64,000 bases of DNA, from contig CALHPK010000003.1 of the NCBI GenBank assembly GCA_938036315.1, positions 52,722-116,721 of the forward strand, written 5' to 3'. The translations under genes and the position numbers were made by a program. Of this stretch, positions 63,137 to 64,000 are shown piece after piece (position 1 is the first letter of the stretch; the number at the start of each line of letters is the position of its first letter). A model generated the notes under the pieces. That model had not been told where the DNA came from. It did no database searches and worked only from the letters and a program-made list of their open reading frames with translations. This DNA is from an uncultured bacterium (lineage in GTDB: Bacteria; Calescibacteriota; Calescibacteriia; Calescibacteriales; Calescibacteriaceae).

Positions 63137-64000
63137 TTAATTATCCTTGACCACCTGATCCCGAACCAAACGTTCATAGATAAAATCTGCCAAATAGAGA
63201 TTTCCACGCTTATTGAAATGCCTATCATTCTTGAAACGATATTCATCCGGAGGTTTAGGTACTATACATCTTAATTTTTCTGTACAAAGTTCTTCAATAT
63301 AATGTATTGATGAAATAAGAATAAGATAAAATTCTGCACCAACTTTTTGCGCTTCCTTAAAACTATCATTAATATATCTTATCTGCAATTCCTTCATATC
63401 AATACTCGCTTTTTTAAATAATTCGGAAGAAGATTTTGAACTAATTACAAAATCTTTAATTGAGAGAAAAACAGAAGTAACAAAAAAGTCATAAAGAATA
63501 TTTTTGCTCTCCTTGAAAATATTCAGTGGGTGAGGAATAAAGGGCAACGGTTCAGAAGATTCATACAAAAAATCATCCACTACATCAAATGGGTCATATT
63601 GCCAGAAAATAATTTTTGGCCTAAGTCTGATTCCAAATTTCTGAAGCATTTTAAACTTTTGAACTGTTCCGTAACCGAATACTCCTAAGTTAACTATATT
63701 TTTCCTCAATCTCTTTTGCAGAAGCTCTACCCAGCAATCATCTCTTTTTACTCCCGTGCAAAATGTAAAGGAATCTCCGACTGCAATGGCGAAAACATTT
63801 TCAAAATCTTTTTCATCATTCAAACCTATCTTCGTCTTCACTCCATCTATTTCGAGTTCATTGAAAAAATATATTTCATCATACTCTGGACTTTTCATAT
63901 TCAGCATAAAGTTTGGTTTTAAAACATAACCAAGATCCTCGTCACGTACAAGTGCTCCACGATCAGAATAATATTTTTTAAGAAAATTAGTGTTGTAAGA
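63137..64000 (-). CDS. SGNH/GDSL-like hydrolase (5' end probably beyond the window)
   Basis: IAVGDSFTF (GDS block) and NDRHFN (DxxH block). The reading frame stays open from the listed Met at 63907 up to the window edge at 64000. Confidence 0.5.
   Translation of the reverse strand, partial: SYNTNFLKKYYSDRGALVRDEDLGYVLKPNFMLNMKSPEYDEIYFFNELEIDGVKTKIGLNDEKDFENVFAIAVGDSFTFCTGVKRDDCWVELLQKRLRKNIVNLGVFGYGTVQKFKMLQKFGIRLRPKIIFWQYDPFDVVDDFLYESSEPLPFIPHPLNIFKESKNILYDFFVTSVFLSIKDFVISSKSSSELFKKASIDMKELQIRYINDSFKEAQKVGAEFYLILISSIHYIEELCTEKLRCIVPKPPDEYRFKNDRHFNKRGNLYLADFIYERLVRDQVVKDN

Noticed and set aside
1-64000. tRNA, rRNA, tmRNA genes and mobile elements (IS, integrase, prophage)
   Set aside because: No T-loop-like GGTTCGAATCC/GGTTCAAATCC strings or further GC-rich islands of tRNA size were seen in any spacer. 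No ORF translation shows transposase (DDE), integrase (R..HxxR..Y) or phage structural motifs.

Overview
AT-rich (roughly two-thirds A+T by eye), densely coding chromosomal window from a flagellated, chemotactic, diderm-type bacterium (kdsA, MlaF-like ATPase, lipoproteins, COX15-type heme A synthase). The only long GC-rich stretch is a type-A RNase P RNA gene. An AT-rich genome with GC-rich structural RNA is the pattern usually seen in thermophiles, which is an inference here. I call about 57 protein genes. They cover replication and division (dnaE, ftsQ/A/Z, ParA-like), flagellum and chemotaxis (fliD, fliG, fliS, flaG, a divergent flagellin/FlgL-family gene, fliW, cheA, one MCP), and envelope or glycan functions (kdsA, two epimerases, GT2-TPR, two GT-C-like membrane proteins, LtaS/sulfatase-like, SGNH, radical SAM/SPASM). 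They also include singly scattered biosynthetic genes (hisA, hisG, trpD, thrC, serA, metE-like, thiL, nadD, cbiL-like) and signalling genes (orphan histidine kinase, REC-GGDEF). I saw no rRNA, tRNA, CRISPR array, transposase, integrase or phage genes. I do not see an unambiguous new system. The best candidates for a second look are: (1) a Shine-Dalgarno-less two-gene module at 9.1-10.5 kb, a tandem ribbon-helix-helix-like protein plus a stand-alone Cas4-family Fe-S nuclease, behind a perfectly duplicated 22-bp palindromic operator; (2) a stand-alone NurA-like nuclease candidate at 55.7-56.7 kb next to a repeat-rich spacer; (3) two G/GGA-rich (minus strand) non-coding islands at 13.0-13.2 kb and 23.24-23.34 kb that share a 10-mer, in a genome that encodes FliW, the CsrA antagonist; (4) a recurring habit of perfect short tandem duplications in promoter regions, several carrying palindromes; (5) three matches to TAAA-N15-TCCGAWWW (sigma-28-like) in front of late flagellar genes. 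All functional calls come from motif recognition in the supplied translations; no database search was run.
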